In this document: positions 18,009-26,673 of the stretch, in pieces
Layout: every line of letters starts with the position of its first letter
Position numbering within the stretch: position 1 is the stretch's first letter
Origin: a virus
Virus record (IMG/VR): IMGVR_UViG_3300030098_004420
Span: 1-64,000 of that record
DNA length: 64,000 bases
Strand: one strand, 5' to 3'
The notes under the pieces: generated by a model
Databases searched by the model: none
What the model was told of the DNA's origin: nothing
The model's input: the letters and a program-made list of their open reading frames with translations, nothing else
Program-made: the position numbers and the translations under genes

Positions 18009-18011
18009 ATA
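18004..18011 (+). promoter_or_regulatory. T4-type late promoter
   Basis: TATAAATA upstream of 18040. Confidence 0.75.
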
Positions 18012-18039
18012 TCTAAAATAGTAGAAATAATTAAGTGTA

Positions 18040-19719
18040 ATGACTACAGGGCAAATTGCTTATACTATTCCTGGTACTTACTCGTTTGTGTGTCCCATTG
18101 GAATTACTTCTGTCTCCGTTCTTTGTATCGGTGGAGGAGGACAGGGTGGAAATTCAAGTGCCCTTGACTCTCCAGGTGGAGGAGGAGGTGGATTAGGATA
18201 TAAAAATAATATTCCTGTTACTGCTGGACAATATTATACTGTTGTTGTTGGAGAAGGTGGAGCAGTTCTTAAACAAAGGGGTGAGAATGGTGTAGATGGA
18301 TTGGATAGTTATTTTATAAGTAAGGATACTGTTGTTGGGTTTGGTGGTAAAGGTGGACAGACTGGTGGAAATGCTGGTGCTGGTGGAACATACTTTGGAG
18401 ATGGTGGTGGTAATGGTGGTGCTGGAGGTGCTGCAAATAGTCTTCAAGGTGGAGGCGGTGGAGCAGGAGGGTACTCTGGTAACGGTGGAGATGGATTAAG
18501 TTCTGCTTCTGGTAGTAGTGGTGCTGGTACTGGTGGTGCTGGTGGAGGAGGATATAAAGCAGGTGGAGGTGGTGTAGGACTTCTAGGTGAAGGTTCTAGT
18601 GGTGCTTCTGCAAGTTCTGGGACTATTGGTAATGCTGGTTCGGGTGGTATTAATGCTACTGTTCCTACAATATCTTTTCCTTATGTTAATTTTTCTGGAG
18701 TTGCTACCAATTATACTTACACTAGTCCATTATTTTTAGTTGGTGGAGCATATGGTGGAGGTGGATGTAGTGCTTGGGCAAATGGAGGTGGAAGTGGTGG
18801 TGCAGTACGTATTATATGGGGTGAAGGAAGAGAATTTCCCTCAACTAATACAGGAGATGTTGGTATAGGAACCACTTCTCATAGACTTTATATTACTATT
18901 AGTGATGGTGAAGCATCACAACATCCCATATATGAATCTAACTTTAAGGAAGCATTTCCAAGTGTAGATGCTGATAATTTAGATAAGGATGAGTATTGTC
19001 TTTTCCAACGGGTTAAACGTACTTATTTGACTGCCTATGAAAAAAATCAAGTCAATAGTTATAGAAATTCTGAACCAATAACTATATTAACTTTAAACAA
19101 TACTGTTAATACTGTAGAGTGTCCTCCATTTGCTGTGATAAAAGGAGAGACAAGTGGTGCTACTGGATATGTTATTCCTAATTTAATTAATGATGGAAAT
19201 ATAGATCAAAGTACGATTAGTGATGTAATACAATTACAAAAAACTGTAGGGACTTTTAGTGTTCCTGAACAAATTTCTTTTAATGGATCGGGTGATCCAG
19301 AGAGAAGAATCACTAATATTGGTATTGGTACAACAACACTTGTGAACTTTAATACAGGAGCACCTGGTGTAATTGAACCATATGGAGATAATTTTTACTA
19401 TGATGTGTGGACTCATGATATAATGACAGACTCTGAAAAGACCACAAAACAAAATCAAATTAAGAGTGAATGGAATACCAGAGTTGGTACTTCATTATCA
19501 TCTTGGATTTTTGATGATGTTTCTTGTTCATATAAAACTCCAACACTACCTCCAACTCCTGCTAAAATTGGTATACAAACTAATATAGCTGTATATGATA
19601 AGGTAACTAATGAATATTTGGGTGTAGGAACAGCAGATGCTTATGTCCCATTACCACAATATCGTTGGGATGAGGCAGCATATCAGGCAGACAACACAAA
19701 GGGTTGGGTTACCGACTAA
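18040..19719 (+). CDS. Glycine-rich-domain structural protein
   Basis: PGTYSFVCPIGITSVSVLCIGGGG...YTVVVGEGG...GGAVRIIWG glycine-rich domain, then a KGETSGATGY module and QYRWDE tail. Confidence 0.75.
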   Translation: MTTGQIAYTIPGTYSFVCPIGITSVSVLCIGGGGQGGNSSALDSPGGGGGGLGYKNNIPVTAGQYYTVVVGEGGAVLKQRGENGVDGLDSYFISKDTVVGFGGKGGQTGGNAGAGGTYFGDGGGNGGAGGAANSLQGGGGGAGGYSGNGGDGLSSASGSSGAGTGGAGGGGYKAGGGGVGLLGEGSSGASASSGTIGNAGSGGINATVPTISFPYVNFSGVATNYTYTSPLFLVGGAYGGGGCSAWANGGGSGGAVRIIWGEGREFPSTNTGDVGIGTTSHRLYITISDGEASQHPIYESNFKEAFPSVDADNLDKDEYCLFQRVKRTYLTAYEKNQVNSYRNSEPITILTLNNTVNTVECPPFAVIKGETSGATGYVIPNLINDGNIDQSTISDVIQLQKTVGTFSVPEQISFNGSGDPERRITNIGIGTTTLVNFNTGAPGVIEPYGDNFYYDVWTHDIMTDSEKTTKQNQIKSEWNTRVGTSLSSWIFDDVSCSYKTPTLPPTPAKIGIQTNIAVYDKVTNEYLGVGTADAYVPLPQYRWDEAAYQADNTKGWVTD

Positions 19720-19737
19720 AATCTCTTATAAATTATT

Positions 19738-19998
19738 ATGACTATTCAAACAGGTATGAATTATACAGTTTTTTCTAAAGAAGGTTGTCCATATTGCGAC
19801 AAAATTAAACAAGTGCTTGAGTTGACAGGAAGCAACTTTGTAGTGTATACTTTAGGTGATCAATTCGATAAAGACGCATTCTATGGCGAGTTTGGAGAAG
19901 GTTCTACTTTTCCTCAAGTTGTTGTTGATGGTAAAAAGTTAGGAGGATGTGTTGACACAATTCAATATCTCAAAGAACACCAAGTTATTAAGTCCTAA
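19738..19998 (+). CDS. nrdC: Glutaredoxin
   Basis: CPYC active site, TFPQV, LGG. Confidence 0.93.
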   Translation: MTIQTGMNYTVFSKEGCPYCDKIKQVLELTGSNFVVYTLGDQFDKDAFYGEFGEGSTFPQVVVDGKKLGGCVDTIQYLKEHQVIKS

Positions 19999-20170
19999 GC
20001 TAAATACCAACAAAGATTATTTTAATCGTGGTATTGAAGTTATTCTCACGGGAGGTAAAAAAAAGCAGAAACAACCATTCCATATTTTAATCAACAAAGT
20101 AATTTGTTTCTTTAATACAGAAATAGATATTCACTTTGAATTTTCCTTAAACTTAAGGAAGAAAAAATAA
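19949..20170 (+). CDS. Possible small hypothetical protein (start uncertain)
   Basis: Open frame filling the gap after glutaredoxin; no in-frame ATG. Confidence 0.35.
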   Translation: MLTQFNISKNTKLLSPKLNTNKDYFNRGIEVILTGGKKKQKQPFHILINKVICFFNTEIDIHFEFSLNLRKKK

Positions 20171-20188
20171 ATTCCAAGGAGGTAACAG

Positions 20189-20410
20189 ATGACAATAGAG
20201 ACAATATTAGTTTTAGCGTTACCGATAGCATTTTTATTATTTTGTGCTGGAGCATTGGGTGGTTGGATTGCTAGAGATTACATGATGAACTATCAGGAGA
20301 TACCAAGACCACATCCTGAGATGTTTGATATAAATGGGAATTTAGTTCCCGACGAAATTGTCGCATTTAGATTTGAAAATTATGACGAAGACTACGACCA
20401 AGAAGAGTAA
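20189..20410 (+). CDS. Small membrane protein
   Basis: Strong SD (AGGAGGT), N-terminal hydrophobic helix, HPEMFD motif. Confidence 0.8.
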   Translation: MTIETILVLALPIAFLLFCAGALGGWIARDYMMNYQEIPRPHPEMFDINGNLVPDEIVAFRFENYDEDYDQEE

Positions 20411-20999
20411 AAGTTTTTCAGTAAAAGCAAATACTCCTACAAAAAAATCTGCTCCTAAACCAATGGAGCAGTTACCTTTAAATCCTCTTGCATTTGAAGT
20501 TTTAGATTTAGTTTCTAGACAAAGATCTAAAGCTAAGAAAATAGAAGCATTGAGAAAATATGAAGATATGTCTTTAAAGGTTCTCTTCATATGGAATTTT
20601 GATGAAAGTGTAATTAGTAATCTTCCTCCAGGTGAGGTTCCTTATCATGGATATGATGCTCAGAATACTTATAGTGGAACTCTTTCGACTAAAATTTCAA
20701 ATGAAGTTCGTAAAATGCATGAGACTGGATCATTTTCATTAGGATCTAGTGATCAGCAAGGACATACTACTATTCGTAGAGAATCAAAACATTTTTATCA
20801 TTTCTGTAAAGGTGGTAATGATGGTATGAATGCTCTTCGTCGTGAGACTATGTTTATTAACATCCTTGAAGGAGTTCACCCATTAGAGGCAGAAATACTG
20901 ACCTTATGTAAGGATAAAAGACTTGGAGAAGTTTATAAAGTAACTAAAGAAGTAGTTGCAGAAGCGTATCCTGATATTAGATGGGGTAATAGATCATGA
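20382..20999 (+). CDS. Conserved T4-like hypothetical protein
   Basis: LFIWNFDESV...LPPGEVPY...RRETMFINILEGVHPLEAEIL; ATG at 20382 preferred over 20358. Confidence 0.8.
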   Translation: MTKTTTKKSKSFSVKANTPTKKSAPKPMEQLPLNPLAFEVLDLVSRQRSKAKKIEALRKYEDMSLKVLFIWNFDESVISNLPPGEVPYHGYDAQNTYSGTLSTKISNEVRKMHETGSFSLGSSDQQGHTTIRRESKHFYHFCKGGNDGMNALRRETMFINILEGVHPLEAEILTLCKDKRLGEVYKVTKEVVAEAYPDIRWGNRS

Positions 21000-21334
21000 C
21001 AACAGCCACAGAAGAAAAGAAAGTAACTATCTGGACAAAAGAAGAGAAAGATAATTTTAAATCCAAGTATGGTTCTGAAATACTTGTAGAGAATGGTTCA
21101 TATGAAGATGTAACCATTACACAAGCACCTAGTGATGCTTATATTATAAAGTATATGCATGAAGATAAGATTTGTTTTGATTTAACTAGAGGAACAAAGA
21201 TAAAGTTGTTTGATATGTATTGGGATAAGTTTAAAGGTGGAATAAAATCTATTGAGTATGGTAAGGGTAGTATCAAACCAAACTTGTGGGGATATCAGTC
21301 ACCTAAACCACCAAAGAAAAAAAGGAAAGCGTAA
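20996..21334 (+). CDS. Hypothetical cyanophage protein
   Basis: 112-aa ORF with ATGA overlap. Confidence 0.8.
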   Translation: MTTATEEKKVTIWTKEEKDNFKSKYGSEILVENGSYEDVTITQAPSDAYIIKYMHEDKICFDLTRGTKIKLFDMYWDKFKGGIKSIEYGKGSIKPNLWGYQSPKPPKKKRKA

Positions 21335-21405
21335 ACCAAATTCGACTTTTAATTCCAAAATATCGGGGAAAAAAATCGGGCAAAATTTTTGCTCTGTAGG
21401 GTTTT

Positions 21406-21421
21406 TGTATCACATGTTACA
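21406..21421. promoter_or_regulatory. NtcA-binding box
   Basis: TGTATCACATGTTACA matches TGTA-N8-TACA and ends 7 nt before a -35 element. Confidence 0.7.
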
Positions 21422-21428
21422 GAACTAC

Positions 21429-21457
21429 TTGACTATATAGTATAACTGTGTTAGTAT
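21429..21457 (+). promoter_or_regulatory. sigma70-like promoter
   Basis: TTGACT (21429-34), 17-nt spacer, TGT-TAGTAT (-10 at 21452-57); predicted start about 21463-64, just before the riboswitch. Confidence 0.75.
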
Positions 21458-21465
21458 TAACACAA

Positions 21466-21510
21466 CGTTCATCTCCCGTATAGGAGACGCAAGTAAGCCG
21501 ACTCGGAACG
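21466..21510 (+). ncRNA. Glutamine-II (Downstream-peptide)-like riboswitch, copy 1
   Basis: P1 CGTTC/GAACG, P2 TCTCC-CGTATA-GGAGA, then CGCAA...GCCGAC; upstream of a YRG peptide. Confidence 0.8.
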
Positions 21511-21513
21511 GAT

Positions 21514-21683
21514 CGTTCATCTCATGGACATACTACTCGCTACTCTTTTAACTTGTAAAGAGGCAGAAGGTATTATCTCTAAGGTATCATCTTCTGATCC
21601 TGTGAGAACCGAATTAATTGAGGTTCTTAAAATGAGTACTGAGAAAGGATGTGAATGGGACGCAAAAGCCGACTGAAGGAACG
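21514..21683 (+). ncRNA. Glutamine-II-like riboswitch, copy 2, with an ORF in the P2 loop
   Basis: CGTTCA-TCTCAT ... ATGGGA-CGCAAAAGCCGACTGAAG-GAACG; same core as copy 1 but P2 loop about 130 nt. Confidence 0.72.
21524..21676 (+). CDS. 50-aa peptide nested in riboswitch copy 2 (absent from ORF track)
   Basis: MDILLATLLTCKEAEGIISKVSSSDPVRTELIEVLKMSTEKGCEWDAKAD*, translated by hand. Confidence 0.65.
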   Translation: MDILLATLLTCKEAEGIISKVSSSDPVRTELIEVLKMSTEKGCEWDAKAD

Positions 21684-21719
21684 GGGATTAAACCACCCTA
21701 CTACTTTGGAGTAAAGCCA

Positions 21720-21863
21720 ATGGCAAAAGTCACTTACCGTGGACACGAGTACGATACCGATGAGTATCGTAAGGCTCTCATCGCAGAGCATAATCAACAG
21801 AGAAACTACGATTTAATGTATCGTGGAATCAAAGTGAAGAGCAAGGCAGTTCCTTGTTCTTAG
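21720..21863 (+). CDS. DUF4278-like YRG-motif small protein
   Basis: MAKVTYRGHEY...LMYRGIKV with two YRG motifs; SD GGAG at 21708-11. Confidence 0.8.
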   Translation: MAKVTYRGHEYDTDEYRKALIAEHNQQRNYDLMYRGIKVKSKAVPCS

Positions 21864-21884
21864 GTCCTAAACGCTGATTGAAAG

Positions 21885-21913
21885 GAGCACCTATTGACAG
21901 GTGCTCTTTTTTT
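21885..21913 (+). terminator. Rho-independent terminator overlapping a sigma70 promoter
   Basis: GAGCACCT-ATTGAC-AGGTGCTC-T7; TTGACA (21894-99) + 17 nt + TAAAAT (21917-22). Confidence 0.85.
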
Positions 21914-21941
21914 ATGTAAAATAGTTAAAAGTCTAATTGTT

Positions 21942-22109
21942 ATGGAACGGGACAAATTAAAGTTGATAGTCCGTAATATGGAACTATTAGTTGATGCACT
22001 TAAAGCAGAAGTATATTCTGATGTTGAGTCATACAAGAATTCAAAGGCATTTGGACCACCAACTGATTATGACGAACTCTACGATGATGACGATGGGTAT
22101 CCAGACTAG
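21942..22109 (+). CDS. Hypothetical cyanophage protein
   Basis: MERDKLKLIVRNMELLVDALKAEVYSD; ATG at 21942. Confidence 0.75.
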   Translation: MERDKLKLIVRNMELLVDALKAEVYSDVESYKNSKAFGPPTDYDELYDDDDGYPD

Positions 22110-22269
22110 CAGAGCAAAAAGAATGCTCAAAATGCTTGAATCTTTATTATCATATGATCATCTCTATTCTGATGATAAGTTAAGAGAGATGAAAGCACAA
22201 AGAAATGTATTAAAAGAGGAAATTGCTGAAATGGAAGCAAAAAGATCAAAAGGATTTGGTAAGAAATGA
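22093..22269 (+). CDS. Hypothetical protein (start uncertain)
   Basis: MGIQTSRAKRMLKMLE...SKGFGKK; overlaps the thyX start. Confidence 0.6.
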   Translation: MGIQTSRAKRMLKMLESLLSYDHLYSDDKLREMKAQRNVLKEEIAEMEAKRSKGFGKK

Positions 22270-22898
22270 CTGTAAAACTTGTTAGTGTTACTCCTGATGC
22301 GGAGCAACTTATGGCATATATTGCCAGAGTATCTAATCCATCTAATCAGGACAATGAAAAGTATGCAGGACTATTGAAGTATTGCATCAAGCATAATCAT
22401 TGGAGCGTCTTTGAGCAGTCTACTATGACTCTTGAGATAGAGACTACTCGTGCTATTGCTGCACAGATATTAAGACATAGAAGTTTCACATTCCAAGAGT
22501 TCTCACAGAGATATGCAAGTAGCAACGATTTAGGTGATATTGATTTACCAGAACTTCGTAGGCAAGATACAAAGAATCGTCAGAATTCTATTGATGATTT
22601 AGATTCTGAAATGGTTGATAAACTTAATCGTCAGATGATTACTCTGTTCAGTTCTGCTAAGAGTCTTTATACTCAAATGTTAGATGCTGGAGTTGCGAAA
22701 GAATGTGCTAGAATGGTGTTACCACTCTGTACTCCTACCAGAATCTATATGACTGGTTCATGTCGTTCTTGGATACATTATATCAATTTACGTTCAGCAC
22801 ATGGAACACAGAAAGAGCATATGGTGATAGCAGAAGCATGTAGAGAGGTGTTTATTGAGCAGTTCCCTTCAGTATCAGAAGCCTTAGAATGGAAGTAA
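22266..22898 (+). CDS. thyX: Flavin-dependent thymidylate synthase
   Basis: HWSVFEQ, QILRHRSFTFQEFSQRY (RHRx7S), ARMVLP. Confidence 0.97.
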   Translation: MTVKLVSVTPDAEQLMAYIARVSNPSNQDNEKYAGLLKYCIKHNHWSVFEQSTMTLEIETTRAIAAQILRHRSFTFQEFSQRYASSNDLGDIDLPELRRQDTKNRQNSIDDLDSEMVDKLNRQMITLFSSAKSLYTQMLDAGVAKECARMVLPLCTPTRIYMTGSCRSWIHYINLRSAHGTQKEHMVIAEACREVFIEQFPSVSEALEWK

Positions 22899-23485
22899 AA
22901 CAACTTCCTAATGATGGTTATCTTCGTAGTTCTTTACCAAAAGAACTATTTGATTCTTTATTAACTGAAGGATTAGAATGTCATAATAATGAAAATAGGA
23001 TTACAGGATTGGTGAGACCTAATGGTACTCAAACTTGCCCTCATTATGATATGTCAGATAAAAATTCTGATTGTTTAAAGGATTTTATTTTTCCTTATAT
23101 CGATCAATATAAGGAAAATTTTACTTATGTTCAAAATCTTAAATGTTTGACTAGTAATAGTCCTTTTATTTTTGGAAAACCGTGGTATAATATTCAAAGA
23201 CCTAATGATTATTTACCGATTCATACTCATGATGGGGTTTTATCATACACTATTTGGTTAAAACTTCCTCCTTTATCTGAATTTATCTTTTATTATTCTG
23301 GTATAGTAAATCAAAAGGACTATACAATGAGACTTACACCTCAAGATGAAGGGGACTTTATTTTTTTCCCTGCTACTTTGGCTCATGGGGTACATCCTTT
23401 TCCATCAAATGATCCTAATGAAATTAGAATAAGTATTTCTGGGAACATTTCTCTGCAAGGAGTTGATGATTATCTATCTAAATAA
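22889..23485 (+). CDS. 2OG-Fe(II) oxygenase-like protein
   Basis: WYNIQ...PIHTHDGVLS...EGDFIFFPATLAHGVHPF...RISISGN. Confidence 0.8.
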   Translation: MEVKQLPNDGYLRSSLPKELFDSLLTEGLECHNNENRITGLVRPNGTQTCPHYDMSDKNSDCLKDFIFPYIDQYKENFTYVQNLKCLTSNSPFIFGKPWYNIQRPNDYLPIHTHDGVLSYTIWLKLPPLSEFIFYYSGIVNQKDYTMRLTPQDEGDFIFFPATLAHGVHPFPSNDPNEIRISISGNISLQGVDDYLSK

Positions 23486-23505
23486 AATTACGAAACACTA
23501 ACATT

Positions 23506-23754
23506 ATGCCACATTATCCTGTAAAACATAAAGAAACTGGTGAAGAGAAAGAACTCTATATGACTATAGTAGAGTATGACCAATGGAGAAAGGATAATCC
23601 CGATTGGGATAAAGATTGGTCTAAAGGATGTGCTTCTTCGCAAGAAGTTGGAGATTTTAGAGATAAGTTGAGAGCAAAACATCCAGGTTGGAATGAAGTT
23701 TTAAAGAAAACGCAAAAAAATAATTATGGAAATTATATTAGGAATTTGGATTAA
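23506..23754 (+). CDS. Conserved T4-like hypothetical protein upstream of phoH
   Basis: MPHYPVKHKETGE...HPGWNEVLKK; late-promoter-like CTAAATA upstream. Confidence 0.8.
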   Translation: MPHYPVKHKETGEEKELYMTIVEYDQWRKDNPDWDKDWSKGCASSQEVGDFRDKLRAKHPGWNEVLKKTQKNNYGNYIRNLD

Positions 23755-24515
23755 TGCCAAGAAAGAAAAGAGCAACATCTACAGATCAACCTATAGGAGT
23801 TGGTTTAACAGCTAAGCAGATGAAAAGAAAAAAACCTTTAAATTCTGAATATTTGGTGGATATTACACCAATTACTGATAATCAGAAAAAACTGTTTGAT
23901 TCTTATGATGAAGGTAAGCATATAATTGCTTATGGTGCTGCAGGAACAGGAAAAACATTTATTACTCTTTATAATGCTCTTAAAGATGTATTAAGTGAAA
24001 ATACACCCTATGATAAGATTTACATTGTTAGATCTTTGGTTGCTACTCGTGAAATTGGTTTCCTTCCTGGTGATCATGAAGATAAGTCTTCATATTATCA
24101 GATACCATATAAGAATATGGTAAAATATATGTTTCAGATGCCATCTGATGCAGACTTTGAGATGCTTTATGGTAATCTTAGAGCACAAGAAACTATTAAG
24201 TTTTGGAGTACCTCATTCTTAAGAGGAACTACATTAGATAATGCTATTATAATTGTTGATGAATTTCAAAACTTGAATTTTCATGAATTAGATAGTATAA
24301 TAACAAGAGTTGGTGAAAATACTAAAATTGTATTTTGTGGTGATGCATCTCAAACAGATCTCACTAAAACTAATGAAAAAAATGGTATTATCGACTTTAT
24401 GAAAGTTTTGAGAGCAATGCCATCTTTTGAACTTATTGAATTTGGTATTGATGATATCGTTCGTTCAGGACTGGTTAAAGAATACCTTATCGCTAAATTA
24501 GAAGCAGGTATGTAA
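23754..24515 (+). CDS. phoH: PhoH-family ATPase
   Basis: GAAGTGKT, IGFLPGD, LRGTTL, VDEFQN, CGDASQ, DIVRSGLV. Confidence 0.96.
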   Translation: MPRKKRATSTDQPIGVGLTAKQMKRKKPLNSEYLVDITPITDNQKKLFDSYDEGKHIIAYGAAGTGKTFITLYNALKDVLSENTPYDKIYIVRSLVATREIGFLPGDHEDKSSYYQIPYKNMVKYMFQMPSDADFEMLYGNLRAQETIKFWSTSFLRGTTLDNAIIIVDEFQNLNFHELDSIITRVGENTKIVFCGDASQTDLTKTNEKNGIIDFMKVLRAMPSFELIEFGIDDIVRSGLVKEYLIAKLEAGM

Positions 24516-25192
24516 TGTTTAATCATGTTGATGTGAATCTCCCTAAATTATCAAGGGAGACTGTAGATGGAGTTCGTTATTATTCTGTTCCAGATGAAGA
24601 TGAGTTACTTAAGTTAGTTTCTATTACTTCTGTTACTAGTCATTTTAATAAAGAAATCTTTGTTAATTGGCGAAAGAAGGTAGGTAATGAAGAAGCAGAT
24701 CGTATTACTAAGGCAGCAACTGGACGTGGTACTGATATGCATACTCTTACTGAGCATTACTTAAAGAATGAAAATTTGCCTGAAGTTCGTCCCATATCTG
24801 ATTTTTTATTCAAAATAGCAAAGGGACATCTTAATAAAATAGACAATATTCATGCTCTGGAAGGTTCCCTATATAGTAAAGAATTAGGTATTGCTGGAAC
24901 TGTTGATTGTATTGCTGAATATGATGGCGAGTTAGCGATAATAGATTTTAAAACATCAAAAAAACCTAAACCAAGAAATTGGGTAGAACATTATTTTGTT
25001 CAGTGTATGGCATACGGATGTATGTTGTATGAATTAACGGGAATATCCGTCAAAAAATTAGTAATTATCATGGCTTGTGAAAATGGAGAATGTGTCATCT
25101 ATGAAGAAAGAGACAAAGAAAAGTACATCAAACTTCTCAGCAAATACATTAGAAAGTTTGTTAAAGATAAATTGGAACTCTATGGAACCTAG
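24515..25192 (+). CDS. PD-(D/E)xK exonuclease
   Basis: SITSV, RGTDMH, AGTVDCIAEYDGELAIIDFKTS, QCMAY. Confidence 0.9.
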   Translation: MFNHVDVNLPKLSRETVDGVRYYSVPDEDELLKLVSITSVTSHFNKEIFVNWRKKVGNEEADRITKAATGRGTDMHTLTEHYLKNENLPEVRPISDFLFKIAKGHLNKIDNIHALEGSLYSKELGIAGTVDCIAEYDGELAIIDFKTSKKPKPRNWVEHYFVQCMAYGCMLYELTGISVKKLVIIMACENGECVIYEERDKEKYIKLLSKYIRKFVKDKLELYGT

Positions 25193-25442
25193 TAAAGAAC
25201 TCGAAAAAGCTATAGAGGATAAATTTTTAACTCCTTCTAAATTTGCTATAGAAATTGAAAAAATTGTAGCAGAAGAAGGATTTAATTATATTGATGCAAT
25301 ATTATACTATTGTGAATCTAATAGTTTAGAAATAGAATCAATTACAAAATTGATTTCAAAACCACTTAAAGAAAGACTTAAATGGGATGCCATTCGTCTT
25401 AACTTTATGAAAAAAACATCTAGAGCAAAATTACCATTATAA
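25182..25442 (+). CDS. gp33: Late transcription coactivator gp33
   Basis: FAIEIEKIV...YIDAI...LISKPLKERLKWDA...LNFM; position between exonuclease and gp59; ATG at 25182. Confidence 0.88.
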   Translation: MEPSKELEKAIEDKFLTPSKFAIEIEKIVAEEGFNYIDAILYYCESNSLEIESITKLISKPLKERLKWDAIRLNFMKKTSRAKLPL

Positions 25443-26074
25443 TGGAAAAACTTGAGGGATTAACGTTTCTTGAACCTTTTCCTCATTTAATTATAAACAA
25501 TTTTTATAATGATGAAGAACTTGAGTTAATTTGGGAAGAACTTAAATTCTATACTAAACCAGGTAAATTTTTACCTGCTAAGGACTATGGTGGTATAGAA
25601 GGATATACTGATTCAAAGGCATTATGTTTAGATCATCTTTATATTACTGGAGATCCTAATTATCGGCCAATATCCAATATTCTTACTGTTAATAGAAAAG
25701 TATTTGATGATTCTGTTCTTCAATCATTTTCAGACATACATGATTGTTGTGGGTTAGCATCACTATCAAATTATGATATTACAAAGGTAAGGTATTATCA
25801 TAATGGTGATTATTATGATCCACATATCGATAAAAGTATTCAATTTTTAGCATTTTCTTATTTTTATAAAGAACCTAAGAGATTTACTGGTGGAGAGTTA
25901 ATATTCCCAAAATATGATTTTGAGTTGACATGTGAAAATAATTCACTTATAATGTTTCCAGGTTGGGTAGAGCACGGAGTAAAAAAAGTAAATATGGAAG
26001 ACTCTAATTATTATGAAGGCTATGGTAGATATGCTATCACTAGTTTTTTTGGAAGTAAACATATTAAAAAATGA
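25442..26074 (+). CDS. 2OG-Fe(II) oxygenase
   Basis: YYHNGDYYDPHID...FTGGELIF...FPGWVEHGV...GRYAITSF. Confidence 0.9.
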   Translation: MEKLEGLTFLEPFPHLIINNFYNDEELELIWEELKFYTKPGKFLPAKDYGGIEGYTDSKALCLDHLYITGDPNYRPISNILTVNRKVFDDSVLQSFSDIHDCCGLASLSNYDITKVRYYHNGDYYDPHIDKSIQFLAFSYFYKEPKRFTGGELIFPKYDFELTCENNSLIMFPGWVEHGVKKVNMEDSNYYEGYGRYAITSFFGSKHIKK

Positions 26075-26673
26075 AAGTGACTCCATTTGAGACCTACCGA
26101 ACTTATCTCTCAATGAAAAGTCATTTTACTAACCCTAAGTATGACTTTTTTAAGTATGGGGGTAAGTCTCGTGCAACCATGACATCCTTTAATAAAAGAA
26201 AGGATAAGTATTGGTTTGAAAAAACATCTAGAAAATATTCCGATCAACAAGTATTGGATTTTTTATTATCAAATTTTGTAAATGCTGACACCCCACAAAA
26301 CTTATGGATAGGAGAGATAATCAACTCTGGCGAAAGAACTTACGCAGAGTGGATGAGACGCAAACAGAGTATGACTTATATTTTCAAGGAGCAGTCCGAG
26401 AAATTACTCTTGGAGAGCGACTTAGAAAAGTTGTTCAGATGCTCGAAGGGACATCCAATTATTCTAAAAAAATATTTGGGTGGAGAGGTATCGCTAGAAA
26501 CGCTTATCATACTGGAAAAAGTTTTTTCTTTCGTAAAGGACTTTGATAAAAAACTTACAGATCCTGTATGGGAAACCGTAAGTCTTAAAATTAAAAAATA
26601 TATTCCCTTCATAAATATAAATGTATACAACTACAAAAAGATCCTAAAGGAGGTTATTAGTAATGGCTCTTGA
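26071..26673 (+). CDS. gp59: Helicase loader gp59
   Basis: YLSMKSHF...YDFFKYGGK...RKDKYWFEK...SLETL. Confidence 0.9.
   Translation: MKVTPFETYRTYLSMKSHFTNPKYDFFKYGGKSRATMTSFNKRKDKYWFEKTSRKYSDQQVLDFLLSNFVNADTPQNLWIGEIINSGERTYAEWMRRKQSMTYIFKEQSEKLLLESDLEKLFRCSKGHPIILKKYLGGEVSLETLIILEKVFSFVKDFDKKLTDPVWETVSLKIKKYIPFININVYNYKKILKEVISNGS

Noticed and set aside
21651-21719. GTG-started N-terminal extension of the YRG protein in the ORF track
   Set aside because: Overlaps the riboswitch core; ATG at 21720 has a proper SD
24515-25192. Cas4-like nuclease suggesting CRISPR
   Set aside because: Standard T4-like exonuclease next to phoH; no repeat-spacer array or cas genes seen
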